A stretch of 64,000 bases of DNA from a bacterium (lineage in GTDB: Bacteria > Eisenbacteria > RBG-16-71-46 > CAIMUX01). Below, in pieces: positions 63,940-64,000 of the stretch. Position numbers and translations under genes: made by a program. The stretch lies in assembly GCA_030431975.1 (NCBI GenBank), contig JAUIHP010000007.1:66554-130553 (forward strand). Direction: 5' to 3'. Below the pieces are notes generated by a model. The model made no database searches, was not told the origin of the DNA, and saw only the letters and a list, made by a program, of their open reading frames with translations. How positions within the stretch are numbered: position 1 is the first letter of the stretch; every line of letters starts with the position of its first letter.

Positions 63940-64000
63940 ACAGTGGGGGCCGATGTCCGGCCCCTCATTCTCAACAAGAAGGAGTGGATTCACCCATGGC

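Overview
This is a high-GC (~65%) chromosomal segment from a Gram-negative (diderm) bacterium. Two large secreted proteins end in T9SS-type C-terminal sorting domains, so a Gemmatimonadota or FCB-group affiliation is a guess, not a result.

Reading left to right:
1. 292-3266: RluA-type and TruD pseudouridine synthases and a CHRD-domain protein.
2. 3260-9824, minus strand: a complete translationally coupled Ton operon, exbB-exbD-exbD-tonB, a TonB-dependent receptor and a lipoprotein.
3. 10360-16130: a five-gene translationally coupled cassette: Omp85-family single-POTRA protein, DUF4390, sensor histidine kinase, sigma54 (NtrC/NtrX-type) response regulator and an outer-membrane beta-barrel.
4. 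16192-18854: a VWA protein and a ChlI/BchI-like AAA+ ATPase, divergent from the next gene.
5. 19058-22540: a 1160-aa Ser/Thr kinase fused to a STAND NTPase and TPR repeats.
6. 22661-26226: DUF2147, an outer-membrane barrel, an SGNH hydrolase and a ZIP metal importer.
7. 26388-33546, minus strand: an HME-RND metal efflux operon (czcC/cusC-B-A-like), with a cysteine-rich secreted protein gene directly upstream at 33782-34216.
8. 34350-34926: a RelE/ParE plus Phd/YefM toxin-antitoxin pair.
9. 35177-39978: three tandem amidohydrolase modules, one of them interrupted by a single in-frame TAA.
10. About 39993-45758: a roughly 5.8 kb lower-GC insertion. It holds a decayed RadC gene and a three-gene ABC-3C-like anti-phage module, bracketed by two ~190-bp elements that each have ~23-bp terminal inverted repeats. 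The module is an unknown 436-aa protein, a 167-aa middle component and a DUF3732/Rad50-like ABC ATPase with a CxxC hook at the coiled-coil apex.
11. 45931-63939: a protease-rich region. It contains a beta-propeller / di-heme cytochrome c peroxidase-like protein with a T9SS C-terminal domain, an S9 peptidase, an M90 peptidase, an FN3 plus TolB-propeller lipoprotein, a large repeat-propeller T9SS cargo protein, a Tricorn-like protease and an M1 aminopeptidase.

No rRNA, tRNA or CRISPR array was recognised. All calls come from reading the six-frame translations for family motifs from memory; no database search was possible.
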